Assembly (NCBI GenBank): GCA_050575255.1
Contig: JBNZDD010013730.1
Span: 7,089,498 to 7,153,497, forward strand
DNA: 64,000 nucleotides
Origin: Harriotta raleighana
Lineage: Eukaryota
Direction of reading: 5' to 3'
The translations under genes and the position numbers were made by a program. Each line of letters begins with the position of its first letter. The stretch's first letter is position 1. The notes beneath the pieces are model-generated. The model made no database searches. It was not told the DNA's origin and worked only from the letters and a program-made list of their open reading frames with translations. Shown piece by piece: positions 1 through 14,997 of this stretch.

Positions 1-1454
1 ATGCAGTGCTAAAGAGAGTACTGGCTGATGGCACAGAGAAATCAAAAACCCTTGAAAAATTGCTTCATCATCTGAACAATGTCCGCCACTTCACAATCAG
101 TGAAGTGTTCCTGTTCTTGCAATTGGAGTCATTTAAAACAATCATCAAAGCTTTCTACCTACAGCATTCAAAAAATCATTTTAGAGCCATTTTTGGTGTC
201 ATTCGGAGAAATTATTTGGAGCAAAAAGTTTTTTCATAATTTTTTTTTCTATAAAACTTATTTTGAATGGATCTCCAAGCAGAAGGTCGGTGAGCAGTTC
301 TACAACTGCTTAAGGTGATATGTTCCAGTTTTAACTCAGTTATATAATTATTTCAATATAAAAATCTCTAATTCCATATTGCTGGTTCGTGGTGACGCTG
401 AAGATGTTCAATGAAGAATATCACATTTTATATGCATTAATTTAGCAAATTCCATTCATTGCCTTCTGTGCCACATTACAGCACAGTGTATATAATTTCA
501 ACCCCCAGAACCCTAGCATGTTAAAAATGATAATGTGGAATTGTATAGCAGGAAGTCCTTGTCTGATATTGGGATTAAGGTAGTTTAGTTCAGGCAATGG
601 AAAACCTGTGTTCTTAGCTATTTCAATCAGGATAAGCTTGGTGCTGTCATTGACCATTGAGTAGATGTTTCATTCTCTAGAGATCTAATCTATACCTTGG
701 TGAATATTCAGTGAAAATAATATACATTGTGATCGTTTATTATTATTCCATTTAATGTAATGTCAGTATGTCTGAAAGCACTGTATAGGGAATTAATCAG
801 GTGTAGTGACTGTCTATTTGTTGGCAAACACTATTATAAGTGTTTTGTTGATTCAATGCTACACTTCATATCATACTGCAAAATGGGATTTTCCCGATGC
901 AGCAAATATTGTAGTCTTGTGCTCCTGTACATTCCTCTGTTCTGCAGTATTTATAGTGTTGGTATAGTATTGACACTGGGGAGTGACGATATGTAATAAA
1001 CTAGATCCAATGGATTGACAACTACTGCAGCTTGGCATCATTCCACAATCCAAGAGGAAACAGACAGATTTTGCATGTTTGAGATAAGGTATACCATGAT
1101 TGGCAACTAAGATTACCAACAAATTGGATCTTTAGTGAAACAACTGGTGTAAATACTTTGAAACAGACAACTAACTAGTATATACCAGACAACTAACTAG
1201 TATGTACGACCAGCGATAATAATGTTTGGTAACCTCATTGTATCAGTATTTTATTTATAAACAAAATGGGATTGATTAACTCATCAAGTATCTTGTTCTA
1301 TATTAATATGAGACATTGACATAGCTCAATGTTGTTAAAGGGTGCATAACTGGTGCTTTGCTGTTATCTCCTACTAACATAGAGCCATTAGCAGTTAGTG
1401 AAAATACCCAAATGCTTGAAAATAGTTTACTCAAATGTAAACATAACCATTATT

Positions 1455-1882
1455 CCTTCAAAAAATTGGTCACTCAATCTATTCCTGTCGGTGGGACAGT
1501 GCTATACGCAATTGTCTGCCATGTTTTGCCCACAAAATATACAGTCCATTCACTTTACAGTATATTCTGTGAAGCGCTTTGAGATGTTGCAAAAACGTAA
1601 TAAGGTGCTATACCAAATTCAAGGATTATTATTAAGAATTACCCTGATTATTGTATGACTAAAGTAAGATTAATAGGTACTCTAATAATAATAATCATCC
1701 TTTCATTATTATCCCCGGATAAGCAATCCTCCAATCGATGAATAACCAGGTTCCTATTTACTACTAGGCAAACAGAGGCATGTGGACTTTGGAAACTTGC
1801 CCAACATTTCACCCTACTGGGAATTAATCCCAGGTTTCTTGCTTGCGTGGCAAGTGCTCTAACCACTGAGCTGCAGGACTCC
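1455..1882. mobile_element. two tail-to-tail SINE fragments (3' half on plus at 1455-1633; 5' half plus tail on minus at 1682-1882)
   Basis: Similarity to the full-length copies at 21181 and 32606. Confidence 0.8.
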
Positions 1883-3439
1883 ATGAAAAGTGGATTTCAA
1901 GAAACAAAGTATTAATTCACAAGAGTATGTCTTTTTCTCAAAGCAGGCAAAAAAGACATAAACAATCGACATTGACAGTAGGTAAATTTGGTCCTAGCGA
2001 AAACTAAACATCATTTCATTGATTCTTTTGTTCAACACATCCATTCACAATTAACTAGTGGATGGAGAATTTTTATTTACAAGTAGCAAAATACAAAATA
2101 GGCCTATGTCAGCAGTGTGAGGCCATTACTGTGTTTCAGTTATGCTTGGAGACATCACAAATAATGTACACCATTTGTCTGTAAATGAGTTGAGGCGTAA
2201 TTAAACTGAATCAAAACAGGTGAAAAGTTGTTTTCCCAATGCCCATTGTCTACTTCAAACAACATCCTCCACAAACAAGAATATAACCATTATTGAAAAC
2301 TTTTTTTTGTTGAGACCATAGACATACCTGTACCTTATCTGCGAATCTGCGTCTTGTTAAACAGGTGTGGGGTAATCTGAAATTGAAAGCTGCTGAATAT
2401 TTTCATAGTGACATGATGAAAATGTGGCCTATTTCTCCAAGCTTTAGCTAAAGTAATTAGTGAAACTGCTTTACCTTTTTAGCAATTGCAAAACTTAGAT
2501 TTATGCACGTAGGATGAATGTCCCAAAACATTTGCATTCTGCTTTGCCCTAGATCAAACACTTATAGCAGGGTGCAAATGTGTAGTGGTCACTGAGGTGA
2601 AAATTATTCCATGTATTTTTTAATGTGATGACCATTCCGTGTATTGCAGTTGTCAAACAATTTAAATTGAATGAAATTAAACTGAATAGAATAAATTTTG
2701 TGTCAGTGTCCTAGAGTAAACCTGACGTGTTATGAAACAAACTTCATGCACTGGTTAAAAAATGCATTCGAACTGTCTTGATGCCATATCTATTATGTCC
2801 TGTATATTGTTATGCTGAGGAATCTACACATGAATCTACATGCAGAATAGAATTGCAGAATGATTCAGGCAGTTGAAGTTATGTAAGGTTTGCTTTGAAA
2901 GTTCCTTTGATGTAATTAATAGGAAGAGCAGTTGAACAGGTAATACTGGGACAGGTTAAGAGAATCTAAACCAAACTGTTGAGTTTTCTTATGATTTCAC
3001 ATCTTCTGCTTAATATAACACAAATATGCATAGTTCATGATTGATTTTATACACTTTTTAAAATAAACTTGACCGAAGCATATCATTTTTGAAGTCACCT
3101 GTTTTATATTTTACAATATAGGATAACTCATGACCGTTTTAGAAAGTTAGTGTAACAATTAAATATTGTACATTATTGGGTAGTGTAGTGGCTGAAACAT
3201 TCATCTTATCGCTGGAATCTGTTCGAATTGAGTACAGTTGAAACAGATGAGTTGAAGGTCTTTCTTGGTTATCTATAAGGGTTCTTTAACAAACTTGGAG
3301 ACTCTCAATCGAGCATCTAATGATTCTGTAAGCTTTACTCAGCATTAAGTTGGTGCTCCTGTGAGACACATTACAAAGATGGCTGAGGTGAATACCACTT
3401 TCATGCAAATTAGATGCAGAAGCACAGGTCAGTGTAATG

Positions 3440-4090
3440 GCATAGGAAGAATATATAAAATTGGGAGAACCAAATAAGAAAAAAATGGGAGAAAGGGAAA
3501 GGGAGACTAATGGCATATAATAAAGAAAAAATTGAATCAGTGGGCAGTGTAGAGAAAGAAGTGATATACCAAGGGAGACAATATACAATAAAATTCTACA
3601 TTGTAAAAATAAAAGCTGATACTTTATTAGAATTGGAAGATATAATTAAAATGGGAATGTTAAAAAAATTAGGAAAGTGAACCAAGGGATATGGAAGAAA
3701 TAGTAGGACAATATAAACAGGTACTTGGAAAGAAAGGATTAATAAAAGAAAAAATTGAGATCACAGCTACAGACACAAAGTAATTAGAAGAACCAATGGC
3801 AAGAGCCACAGAAGAATAAACCTTTCCAGAAGGAGAAGCCGTAAAAACGTGCTTGATCATAGGAAAAATTTGGGAGAAGGATAAGAATCCCAGATCCTAT
3901 TGGGTAAAAGATGAAAAAGGAAAGACATATAGATGAACACCATGGGAGATCAAACAAAGAACAATGACGAAAAAACAGGAGAAAAAAGGAAAGGCAGAAA
4001 CTGTGAGAACAACCAGATGCGGAATAAAAAGACCACAAAGAATGATAGAACAAGATTAAAAAAAAGAAACGAAAAACTAAAAGAAGGAAG
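3440..4090 (+). repeat. purine (A/G)-rich low-complexity region
   Basis: Strong A/G strand skew without a long ORF. Confidence 0.7.
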
Positions 4091-5725
4091 ATGTTGCATA
4101 TTGCTTTAATGACATAAGTGGCAGATTGAATATGGATAATGCAAGTATAGAAAGATTCTGGGAAGAGTGACTTGGCAGATTTGAAAGAGAGTTTGAAAGA
4201 TGTTGATTTGAAAGAGGTGGTCTTGTAATGTTTGAATTAAAGGACTGAATGAATCTACATTGCGTTTTGTAGATTAAATAACATTACAAGGTGAATATCT
4301 GAGGAACACTGTGAGTGTAGATTAAGCGGGTCTAAACTCTGAAAGATTTGAGAGCGCATCATTCCCAGAACAATGTTCGTAATTTACCACTCACAATATT
4401 ACCATTGAAAAATTTAATACACATAAAAATGATAAAACCTGCGATCTAAAGTTTTACATTGCCATGGTACCTGTCTACTTTTGAAATGGCTTCACAATTC
4501 TGCGAATTTGTTTGGAATAAAAACAATGATCGCTGGTATTTCAACTTGCCAAATAGTGTTTGTTGGTCCCTTAGTAAATATTCAAATAGATTTGTCGTAC
4601 ACTGCTTTTGGTGGAAAAGCAAAAACAATCTAAAGGTAATGTTTGCAATTGTTCCTGTGTGGAAGAGGAAATTGTAATTGATCTCACAAACCTCCTTTTG
4701 CGTACAACGTTTTAAAGGGCCACGTGTCATCTGTCAGTACAAGAGTGAAAGAATGCAGGCTACCTGACATGTAGCTTGTTCAAAGGCAGGAGTGGAATAA
4801 CACATCCACTTGTCATTATACTTCATTAAGCCCACAAACCATTGTTTATTTATAAATCAAGTTTTTATAACTCAAGGGATTGGCATGTACTGTGTACTTT
4901 AACAAGTGTGTGTGAAATTAAATCCACATCGATTCTTCATATCTGTTATTGCACCATTTAAAACTCATGTCGTGGAGTGCAGTGGAACTTCATTGGTATA
5001 CTACTTAAAATTAATTTCCATAGCTATTTAAAATACTCATTCTTTGATCAAAAGATCCATAATTTTCCAATTAAAAAGATCCTCTTTTATTGTTATTTTA
5101 TGGTCATGTAATATAAATCACCCCCTGACAAAAGACAGAATGGAACTTCTATTCTCCTTACTTGCAAGTTAAAAGTTCCCATATGTGAAGAGGTAATTAA
5201 TTATTTAAACTACAAGTGGAGGGGAAGGAGAAAAGACACATGAAATAGAGAACAATGTGAATCTAACTCACAAGTTAGCTGACAGAAAAGTAAAATAAAT
5301 GGTGGAAAATGAGATGATGGGAAGAGTAAATCAATTTAATTGGAAATATGACGTGGTGGTAAAGTAATCATTGACTGAAATTGAAATAATTAGATATTGA
5401 TGTGGAATTTGAATTTCTTAGAGAAAGTAAAGACAATGTAATACTGTAATTATCAGAAAATGTCATTGCTCACAAATAAAGTGATAAATTCAATGATTTT
5501 AAAATGTTTCTTTGAAAGAACACTCGGTATTTAAAGTAAGTGTAAGTAAGCCTGGATCTGAGGAAGTACTCAACAAATTCATCAGCATAAGACACTAAAA
5601 TAACCCTGGGCTAAACTTGCTTTGCATCATCAGTAGAGCTTTGTTAAATAAGGCATTTTACAACTTTATTTAGTATGCTCAGAAACATAGTTTTCCCTAA
5701 TGTCCTGAGACTTGGCATGGCAAGT

Positions 5726-5937
5726 CACCCCGAGGCTCTGGAACTCCCTTCCTCACTCCCTTCGCCTTGTTCCCTCTCTTCCCAGTTTCAGGTCCCACCT
5801 AAAGACCTTTCTCTTCGACCATGTCTTTGGTCACCTTTCTACCCCTGCCCCTGGCTCAGTCACGGGTTCCGTTGTTGTGAAGCATTCTGAGACGCCGTCT
5901 GGCGTGGAGAGCGCTATATAACTCTAAGTTGTTGTTG
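5726..5937 (+). mobile_element. L2-like LINE 3' end
   Basis: CTCTGGAACTCCCT...CACCTAAAGACC (LWNSLP...FRSHLKTFLF, typical L2 ORF2 C-terminus) and a (GTT)n tail. Confidence 0.8.
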
Positions 5938-8900
5938 GAACCACAGAGTGAGGCATAGTTTATCAGTCTGCTGTTTGATAAACTCTCTCTGAATTATTAA
6001 AAGTATCTTATGTTTTGAGAAATTTTGAACTTTATACCGAATTATGATTGTAATTAAAATGCTCATAGATGTTTAATTTACATGAAAGGCATTACTGTAT
6101 AAAAATGCCAGTTATTATTATTTTCAAAGGAGAAAATTTGCTTTAATTAGAAACACGGAATTTTCTTCCAGTATTCATTGCTGTAGAATATTTAAGCTTT
6201 GGAAAATAGCTGGATAGATTTGAAACTAACGAGTTACTCATTTTTGAAATCTATTTGAATTCTATTCTTGGTGAGTTGGAAATGTAAAGAGGTTTTTATC
6301 CCTGTACTCTCTGAAGATTTTCTGTATCTGTATTGTAGAATGCAGATGAGGTAACCAAAATAAATATTCATGCTATTGACTACAACAGTACTCTGTCACA
6401 ATTATAAATAAAGCACATCTGTCATTTGAAACTACTAACATGATCCAGATGTTCACATTCTCAGGTTTCAGGAGCTACCCTTTGTTATGATCATAGAATA
6501 GTATTCTTGACAAGTAAGTTTATTTTCATTTGCTGTGGGTCATAACTTAATTCTTCAATATTATTAAAATGAAAGTACAGTGAAATATTATTATACCTTT
6601 GAGATGAAAGCGAGTGTAGTATTATTAACCACTTTATAATTATAAACTGCTGGATGATAATTTCAATGCAATGCTGAAATACTGGGCGAGATCCTTAATG
6701 TGGCACCACCCTGCAATTAATGACTGTCAAGGCGTTTATAATGTTAGAACCAGCAATGTACTTCTTATGCAGCTCACTTTAGCTGCTTTTGCTACCACCC
6801 TTGAAAAACTTGTATCACAAATAATTTCTGACAAATAAGCATATTAAATAACAAGTTCTGTGATTCATTCAAACATCTAAACTTGTAGTTATATTCTGCA
6901 ACTGGAATGCAAAGCATTGTGAATTACAATATACACTATAAGGCTCTGGTTTCAAAACTGCAAAACAGCTGTTCTGAGCTAACAGTGTGTGTATCATAGT
7001 ATATGTAGTTTCCATCACCACAAATCTTCAACAATTTTTAAAAAAATCTGCGCAAACACTAGCTTTTAAAATTGTTACAATAATACATTACTTCAATGGA
7101 TTTTAGTCAATTTATCTGCATGTAAAATATTCCTCACTCTCCTTCAAGAAAGTATAATAATGTTTACATAAAAGTGTTAGTTGTTTTACAGTCATCTCAA
7201 TAAAATATTGCACTGGGATCTAATATACACCAATTTTGAACATCATTCCATTATAAAAATTTTGAGTGAAGATTTCTTGAGATACTAGAAATATGTCGTA
7301 GACATCAGACTGAGATTGTGTCGGAGCAGAGTTTCTGCTCATTCGTATGGCACACATCTGGTTTCCTTATTGAAGCATCCCACTAGAAATCTCCATATAT
7401 TAAGACTCCTGTGCCTTTATATGTAATACAATATTGTCCTAAAAAGGAACAGCATAAAACATAAAGCTCTTTGTTACTGAAGTTTCACTGTGAAGCTACT
7501 CCAACCATCTGCTTATCAGTCAAAAGCTTAATCTGGATTTAGGAAAAATCTAAATTGAGTTTAAATATTTTAATTTTAAAATCACTGTAGTTGGCTCTGT
7601 TATAATATCATTAGTGAAACAGTTGAGGAAAATTCAGACATGGAAACACTCTTATTCATTATTTATCTGCTATTAACTTACCAAGTAGCAACAATAAATA
7701 ATGTTCATGAATTTTATAAGATGAAGAATTCGTAAATCTAATCAAAAATTAAACATCCCAGAAATGTTTTGTTTAGTGCCTGCGCAAAAAGGTTTCAGGT
7801 AAGCAAAAGGTGTGCATGACAATCTCAAACACAATATGATAGAATCATTCTTTCCTTTGGGAAACAAGCAAAAGCGCATGATTCACACTCATCAGAGCAA
7901 CATAATACGAAAATGGCTAAATTATAAATTTTTATATGATTTGCGCCATTACATAAACTTTAAAAAAAATAATGGTTTCCCTTTGATTATAGCCATCGGT
8001 GTGGAACTTTACATTAAAAATAAGTGAACGTGACTACAGAGAGGTCATTTCCATTGACATGGCTGCCTTTGGCCTTGAATTATTGTTTCTTCCTACCACC
8101 TCCTCTCCACTCCTCCCCCACCCCCCCCAACACATACATACCATCTGTACCATCAGGGAACAGCTTGAGGGGTTGGGTGTGGCCCAGTAAATGTTATCAA
8201 TCTTAAGATCATATATCATACATCAAGGCATTGCATTGCGCTAGTCATATACCCTTGAGTAAAACCTATTTTCTTTCAAAATGCAGCCAAAAATATTTTA
8301 AACCATTATCAATGGCCTAGATATTTCCGTTGCTATATTAAATTAAAGATAAGCATTTTCAGTAATACAGTATAAAGGTTAATTTTAAAAAATCTATTCT
8401 AATATCCAAAAGAAAATCTATTCCCTCTATTACTATAATAACTAAACTTTTACTAACTATTGTAATGGGAATCATGGCAATTGTCACAAATTAAATATAT
8501 AGAGCATGAATGCAATATATTTTGTGATTATCATACAGGCATTAACCTGCATTTATATTTGATTGAGTAGGCAATTTTACCAATAAGTCCAATAACTGGT
8601 GGCATCTATACCTAGTTGGTACAAATTATACTGGAGCTGCGTAGTTTATTTAGGCCCCATTCACCATTTGCAGACAGCTTGAAAAATATTCTGCCTATAT
8701 CCCCATTTAGGAATAACTTGAGTTACTCGAAGCAAAAACAATAAAATCAACCTTTATAAACTGAAAAAAATACCTGCAAGGTTCTGAAAGATTGTGCCCA
8801 GGTTTGCAATCTGCCTCGTAGCATTTTATGCTATTGGTAATTATATGGTAAAATGCTTCCCAGAATCCGTTCAGCCTGAACAAAGGTCTTCTACAGTGAC

Positions 8901-11900
8901 ATGTCATTCTTTGAGTATCTCTATTTTCATAAATTACAATTCTCTCTACTTTCCTTATGTGAATTCACATTCACTTATCATTGCCTTTCTAATTTCTCAA
9001 GGGAACGAGTTTGCACAGAATCCCGTTGGCAACGAATGTGAACTAAATCCTGGCAATTTCCACCCTTATTTTACATTATATATACCTTTACCCTCCTGAA
9101 GATTGGTTTAAATACACAGTAAAAAATGTGAGTAGCAGGCTAAGATAAGAATTCATTTTTTTGCCTCATTTCTACTGCTAGGGTAATTCTTTGTTTTCAG
9201 CAGCAGAATGATTTGGGGTGAGAAACAAATTCATATCCTGTTCAAAATCCCTCTTCTGTGGGTGGAATAAAAACTCCACATAAGCGCAACCAAGCAGATA
9301 CATCTCTGCTTACTGATGTTGGTTAGTTTAGGGCAGTTAAACAGACCACCCAAGAACTTTTAACTAATTCTTGTAACTAAGTTGATTTTATTTTAAAACT
9401 GGCTGCAGTATCAATTTGATATGTGCCTCAATGTCGAGTCATTAAACTACGTCCTGAGGGATGGGTCTCAGAATTGAACTGATGCGTTTCAAACTTGTTT
9501 TGTATTGCACTATTAGCATTCATTTAATCCCAACTGCCCAGTATAAAAGGCATACATTTTCAATACGTTAAAACATAGCTTGGAACCAATAATGTAAACA
9601 TGTGTTTGTCTTAAACTTGGAGTAAAAACATTTTTCAAGTCAATTCATTACTTAATATACAAATTAGTTAAGGTTTTACAGGTGCAGTGATAAACAAAAT
9701 AAGAGTACTTGTCTTTCCATCTTTCAAAGAAAGGTGAGGACTTACAATAATAGGGGACTTATACTCCTTTGGTCTTGAAAGAGAGAAAACTGGAGCTGAA
9801 CATGAATGACCTACAATTTTGATCACCTTACACAATTTGACCAACTGAGTAAAATACAAAAATGTTTGCATTTCCTTTATTTCCTTTTCCCTCTCTGAAA
9901 AGAAGCACTTTACTGTAGAAAGCAGATTGGGTGAGAGTAGAAGTACATCCGTGCCTCATGCACTTCACAAAAGGTAGGAGGTAAAAGTTGCCAGCTGTGA
10001 ATCAACCCTACATTCTGAATCAATTGCAAAAAACACAGGAAAGGCTTTGATTGCCTGTGCTAGAGTAGTGAATACGTGCACCCCTCAACATCAAATCAGA
10101 GCTAGCTGAAAAAGATTCAATCAACGGAATAATGGGCTCCACTTCACAATCAGACAAGTGCTCCTTACTTTGTAATTCCACCATTTACATCTGATTACAA
10201 AGGCCTGTTTTATTCCACTCTTTTAAATAAGTATTAATTTTTAAAAATAACAATTTTGATAACAATTTTAAGACTAATTATCCTTATTTTAAGATATTAG
10301 TAGATTTATTTGCAATGCATTTTCTCTAAATTATTTCAGTGTTTAACTGCAGATGAATACTGAGACTTTGAAGTAAATCCAACACGGATTTTATCGTAAA
10401 GAGCGAAGGTTTAAAAATATGAGCAAATTCATTGATTCTTTCTTTAAACCCAAGGAATGCTGTGCAAAACAGTCCACAGCATCTCTTGAATTACACAGTT
10501 ACAAAACATTACAAATGTTTTCTCAGATTTAATAGCCATTTATTATTTGAAACTGTTAGTAACCTTAACTGAAAAAATAAATAGTATTTTGTTTCTGCCT
10601 TTCACTTTTCTTCCTGCTCCAGAAGGTGTGGGGCCTTGCTACAGTTCAAGTTTGACTGGGGGCCTGCTCACAAGCTTTTACCAATGCTGCTCTCTATAGG
10701 CAATAGCAAGAGGGTTGCCTGAGTTACTTGATGTTACTGGCCTTTGATTTTTTCCACCTTCTTCAAATGGAAATATCTGACTTCATATGGAAATATCAGG
10801 ACCTCTCTGTAGTAGCAAACTTCACTTCAAATTGGTAAGTTTACTTCATAAGTAATATTATTTTGTTTGCACTTTTTTACATCTCTACATTCCTTCTATC
10901 AACTAGCATTTTGTGTATTTAATTTAACTCTTAAATTAAATTGCATCACAAGCATAAAACTGTAATACAGGCATAACGTATCACGCCAATCTGATTAATG
11001 CGAGTAACAGTGATCATAGATCATGTGTAAATACTCATTTTATAAGCATACCAAGAAGGGAAAAAATCTTCATCTCCAATGACTTATGTGCTATGACAAG
11101 CTGCAATGAAAACAATATATTGCAGATCTATATATTGCATGATAATGTTGTGCTCAGCTTTGTTTGCTAGCATTTAAGACATCAATAACAAGATTTAGAA
11201 TTTGTTTTCTATCTTTTACATTAAGATGTTGGTAACAAACACTCCTAGGTCAAGCATTGCATGTTATAGAGTAGAAAAATCTCTACTCATTGTCCCAACA
11301 CGTACCCAACATAAGAACACCACCTCCCACTTCCCCAGCATAACATTTCTATTTCCCACATCAGTCATACTTGTGGCCTCTTTGATGAAACAGCCAATTA
11401 TTGTTGAATTATGGTCAGATTTATCTTTTATGCCTCTACCCACTGGGTTCAGAGGTGAGACTTCTTTCAAGCCAGTTTATTTAGGATCCTCATAACAGTC
11501 CATTTAAAGTATGCCAATCCCACTACTCATCTTCTCTTCTATCATCGAACGTTATAGCACCAACTCTTCTCCTGCTCCCCATTCGGCCAATTAAAACAAA
11601 TTACACAGGCAAATTGATGGACACACCGTGACAAGATAGCACTGTGACAAAATATTATAATATTCTGGGGTTGACGCACAAACTGTTAACAGTTGAAGAA
11701 TGGATGGTGTAAATAATTGGTCCAAGCCCCAACCCAAGTAAAATCAAAATGTATTAATACTGTACAGAATTGAGAATACATTCACATGGTAAGCAGGAGT
11801 GATATAGTAAAGGAATTACAGCTATTTTCTACTTTTTTTAATTCTGAAGTTATTAAATCATATGCAATGTCTGTCATAATTTTGGTATAAGAATATCTTT

Positions 11901-14900
11901 AACCCATTAAGCTTAACTAGCCATATTTTCAATGAATTGACAACTTGGTAATAGATTCACCGCATTCTATTTGTTGTATAATTCATGACTCGGAGAAGCT
12001 ACTCAAGTTTTCTTGTGTAAATATACTCTTCTAGTTCTGTTAAGAAAAAGTCTATATTGAACACCTTGTTAAAATGTTATTTAACGCTTGAATAATGATT
12101 CTATCCCATCCTCATTTAGAGTGTGTATTGAGCATAGTTCAATGACCTAGTAACAATCCTTATTCCTTTACATTTATAGTTTATTCAACAATGTTAGCAG
12201 GCACATTAAAGTGGATTGGTGGATGGAAGGTAAGACAATCAATCTATCTGAAATTTGTGGCTTACTACAATATTTAAACTTCTTCAACATTAGTAATAAA
12301 AGTAATGAGTGAGGAAAACTGATAAATTGAGCTTTCTGAGGCCATATTAATGATTGTTGAAGAGGAACTCACATTGCACGGCTAAGGCGGCACATTCACA
12401 GAAGATTGTGAATATAAGACTGTTGGTGGGTTTATTGACAAAGATCAGTCAATTGCAGTACCATAAATCTTTGCATAAAGCAGTTTGCTCCTTAGATGCT
12501 GAGTGCTGTGGCGAATACTGCAAATTGAATAATTTTAGATGACTCTTTATTGTATTCTATATTGTAGTATAGGACTGAATCAATGAGAATTTAAATTCCC
12601 CACAATCACCTTTATATCAAGACAATTTCTGATCAGCAGTTAAGTCTCCTCAGTTAGTTATCTTGCTTTCCAGCTACATTGAAGTTCAAGCAACCATTGT
12701 ACTCAATTATATTTTATAATTCCCATGATCAGTTGTTAAAAGATGAGGTTATAGTATTCAAGATGTGTGGTAAGACTGACTGGATGATGAATTCAAAAAT
12801 AGGTCATTCTACTTTAATTTCAAGCATAAATTGTTGCATTTGAAGAATATACCAAGATCTCATAAAGCTGCAGTAAATTTAATGCTGTGTTTATTCTATC
12901 AGCTTCATATCACTTACAGTCATGCTGAAAAACTGTTTTTTTGATTCTGCAATTTCATTAATGACAGAATGTAATTCTTGCTCCAGTTTGCTCTTTAAAA
13001 TAAGGCTATTTTCTATTCTCTGATCAACTTTATCTTGTTTTTCTGAAGGATTTAAATATTGAATTATTGTATTACTCAGAAGTATCGTATTGTAAAAGAC
13101 ACTTACTTCAACTATTAATATTTTACATATTAAATTATTTAAGTTATAAGCAGTTAAAGATATACTGTGGTCTGTTAAATCTAATCCCAATATTAGTTCC
13201 AATTTATTTTAGTTGGATTAAAGCCATGTTATGTTGGGGTCCAGATGGGTGCAAGTGATGTTACAGACTAAGGTTACCAAAAAACTGACATATCATTAAA
13301 TTCATTATTCTTATTCCATTCAGCAGGTGGAAGCTATTAAAGAAGCGGATGTAAATGGAATAATTCCTACCTTGATCTGAATAAGGAAGAGAAATGATGT
13401 AATTGCTTGCATCCAAATTGCTAGGTTTTCCTTTTGCAATTTGTTTTTATAAAGTTCACAAAGCAACATATATTCGGAAACATACTCCAGAATACCACAT
13501 TTTACCTTCTTTGCAGAAGTGGTTAAATAATATTGGGTTAATATGAAACTGAACAGTGGTAGGTTTCAGCACCACTATTTAAAAGCAAATCAGACTGAAG
13601 CCTAGCTTCATAGACCACCTAGAGGATAGGATTTCAGCACTTTGATTTGCATTGCTACAGTACTAAGACTCCTGTAAATAGTCTCTGTCCTAAAATGTTC
13701 TCAAGCAGACCAATCAGACTGATGAAACAAAGACCTGAGACACAACTAAGCATGTGATTAGTAGCAAAATTTCAATATTGGGTGTTTTTTGAAAAATCAT
13801 TATCTTTCAGTGATACTCAATGTGATGAGGAAAGGGAAATATAGCTTCTTGTTTGATGTTCCACTTCCAGACTCTGATTCCTGAAATTCCCAAATCGCAT
13901 TAAGTAAACATGGAATTTGATTTACTCAATCATTCAAACTTGGGTTGGCCATAGATCAACACACCAAAGTTGAAAAGAATAACAGATTAAAAAAAAGCTT
14001 GGGGTGTTTAAAGTTTATAGCTTATATACAGAAGACATTACAAAAGTAGAAAACAGATGCACGGGTTTCAAGTACTGTGTGTCCTGGAAAAAATATTAGA
14101 TGCCGCTTTACACCAAATACTTCCTGTCATTAGCAACTCTTTGCATGGATAACATTGCCATATTGTTCCAAGTTCAATTTTGGTATCCAGTTTCACCATC
14201 AAATACTCCTAGAGCAAGTTGCTGATAATATTCAGTCCAGCCTATGTCTGAACTCCTGCCTCTGAAGACCATTCCCTAAATGCACGAAGGCAAAAAGATT
14301 TTTCACAGCCACTATGTTATGGTCTCAGTGAAAAGGTCAATGTAATGCCAAAATATTCTCACTTTCATGTTGTGAATCTGAGCCAATGCAAAACTAATTT
14401 CACTCAGCTAATTTAAAGACGACAGAGTATAATCTTTCATCTTCTCTGTCTGGTCAGGCCCTCAAGATGAAGACAGCATTCAAAGCCACATAGTCTTCCA
14501 TTCCTCTTCATTGGAGATTTTTAAAAAATCCTATTTTCAAATAGGGAAGGGGCCACGCTATTTGCTTTACAAGTTTTTAAAAAACACAGAACTTGCATTT
14601 ATATAGTGCCTAAGAGCACTTGTGGCATCTAATGCAGGACGAGAATGATTATCACCTTCAGATCTAGAAATTTAGTTTGAAAATGTGAGGCAACAGCTGA
14701 CCTCTTTCGATGAAGCGATCTCCAGATAATCTAAGAATCTGCAGGCAGGGAGCTAGTCTCAAAGTAAGGTCTATGGTTACTAATTCATACCATATCCCAG
14801 GCAATAGAATAACTTCCTAAAACAACATTTTTATCATTTTAGATTTTTAAAATATTTGTAACCACCTTGCGGCATTCTATTATGCTGGTGATCAAAGTTC

Positions 14901-14997
14901 CCAACTCTTTCTAATCAGTTGAATTCCTGTCCATGAAGCATGTTGTAAAATGTATTAAAACATGCTTTAAATGCACTACTGTGTCAGTAAAAGTTAA

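Noticed and set aside
1164-1207. 22-bp tandem duplication CAGACAACTAACTAGTAT.TAC x2
   Set aside because: An ordinary small slippage duplication.
3440-4090. Possible Lys/Glu-rich coding exon
   Set aside because: No long plus-strand ORF and no coherent splice sites; low complexity.
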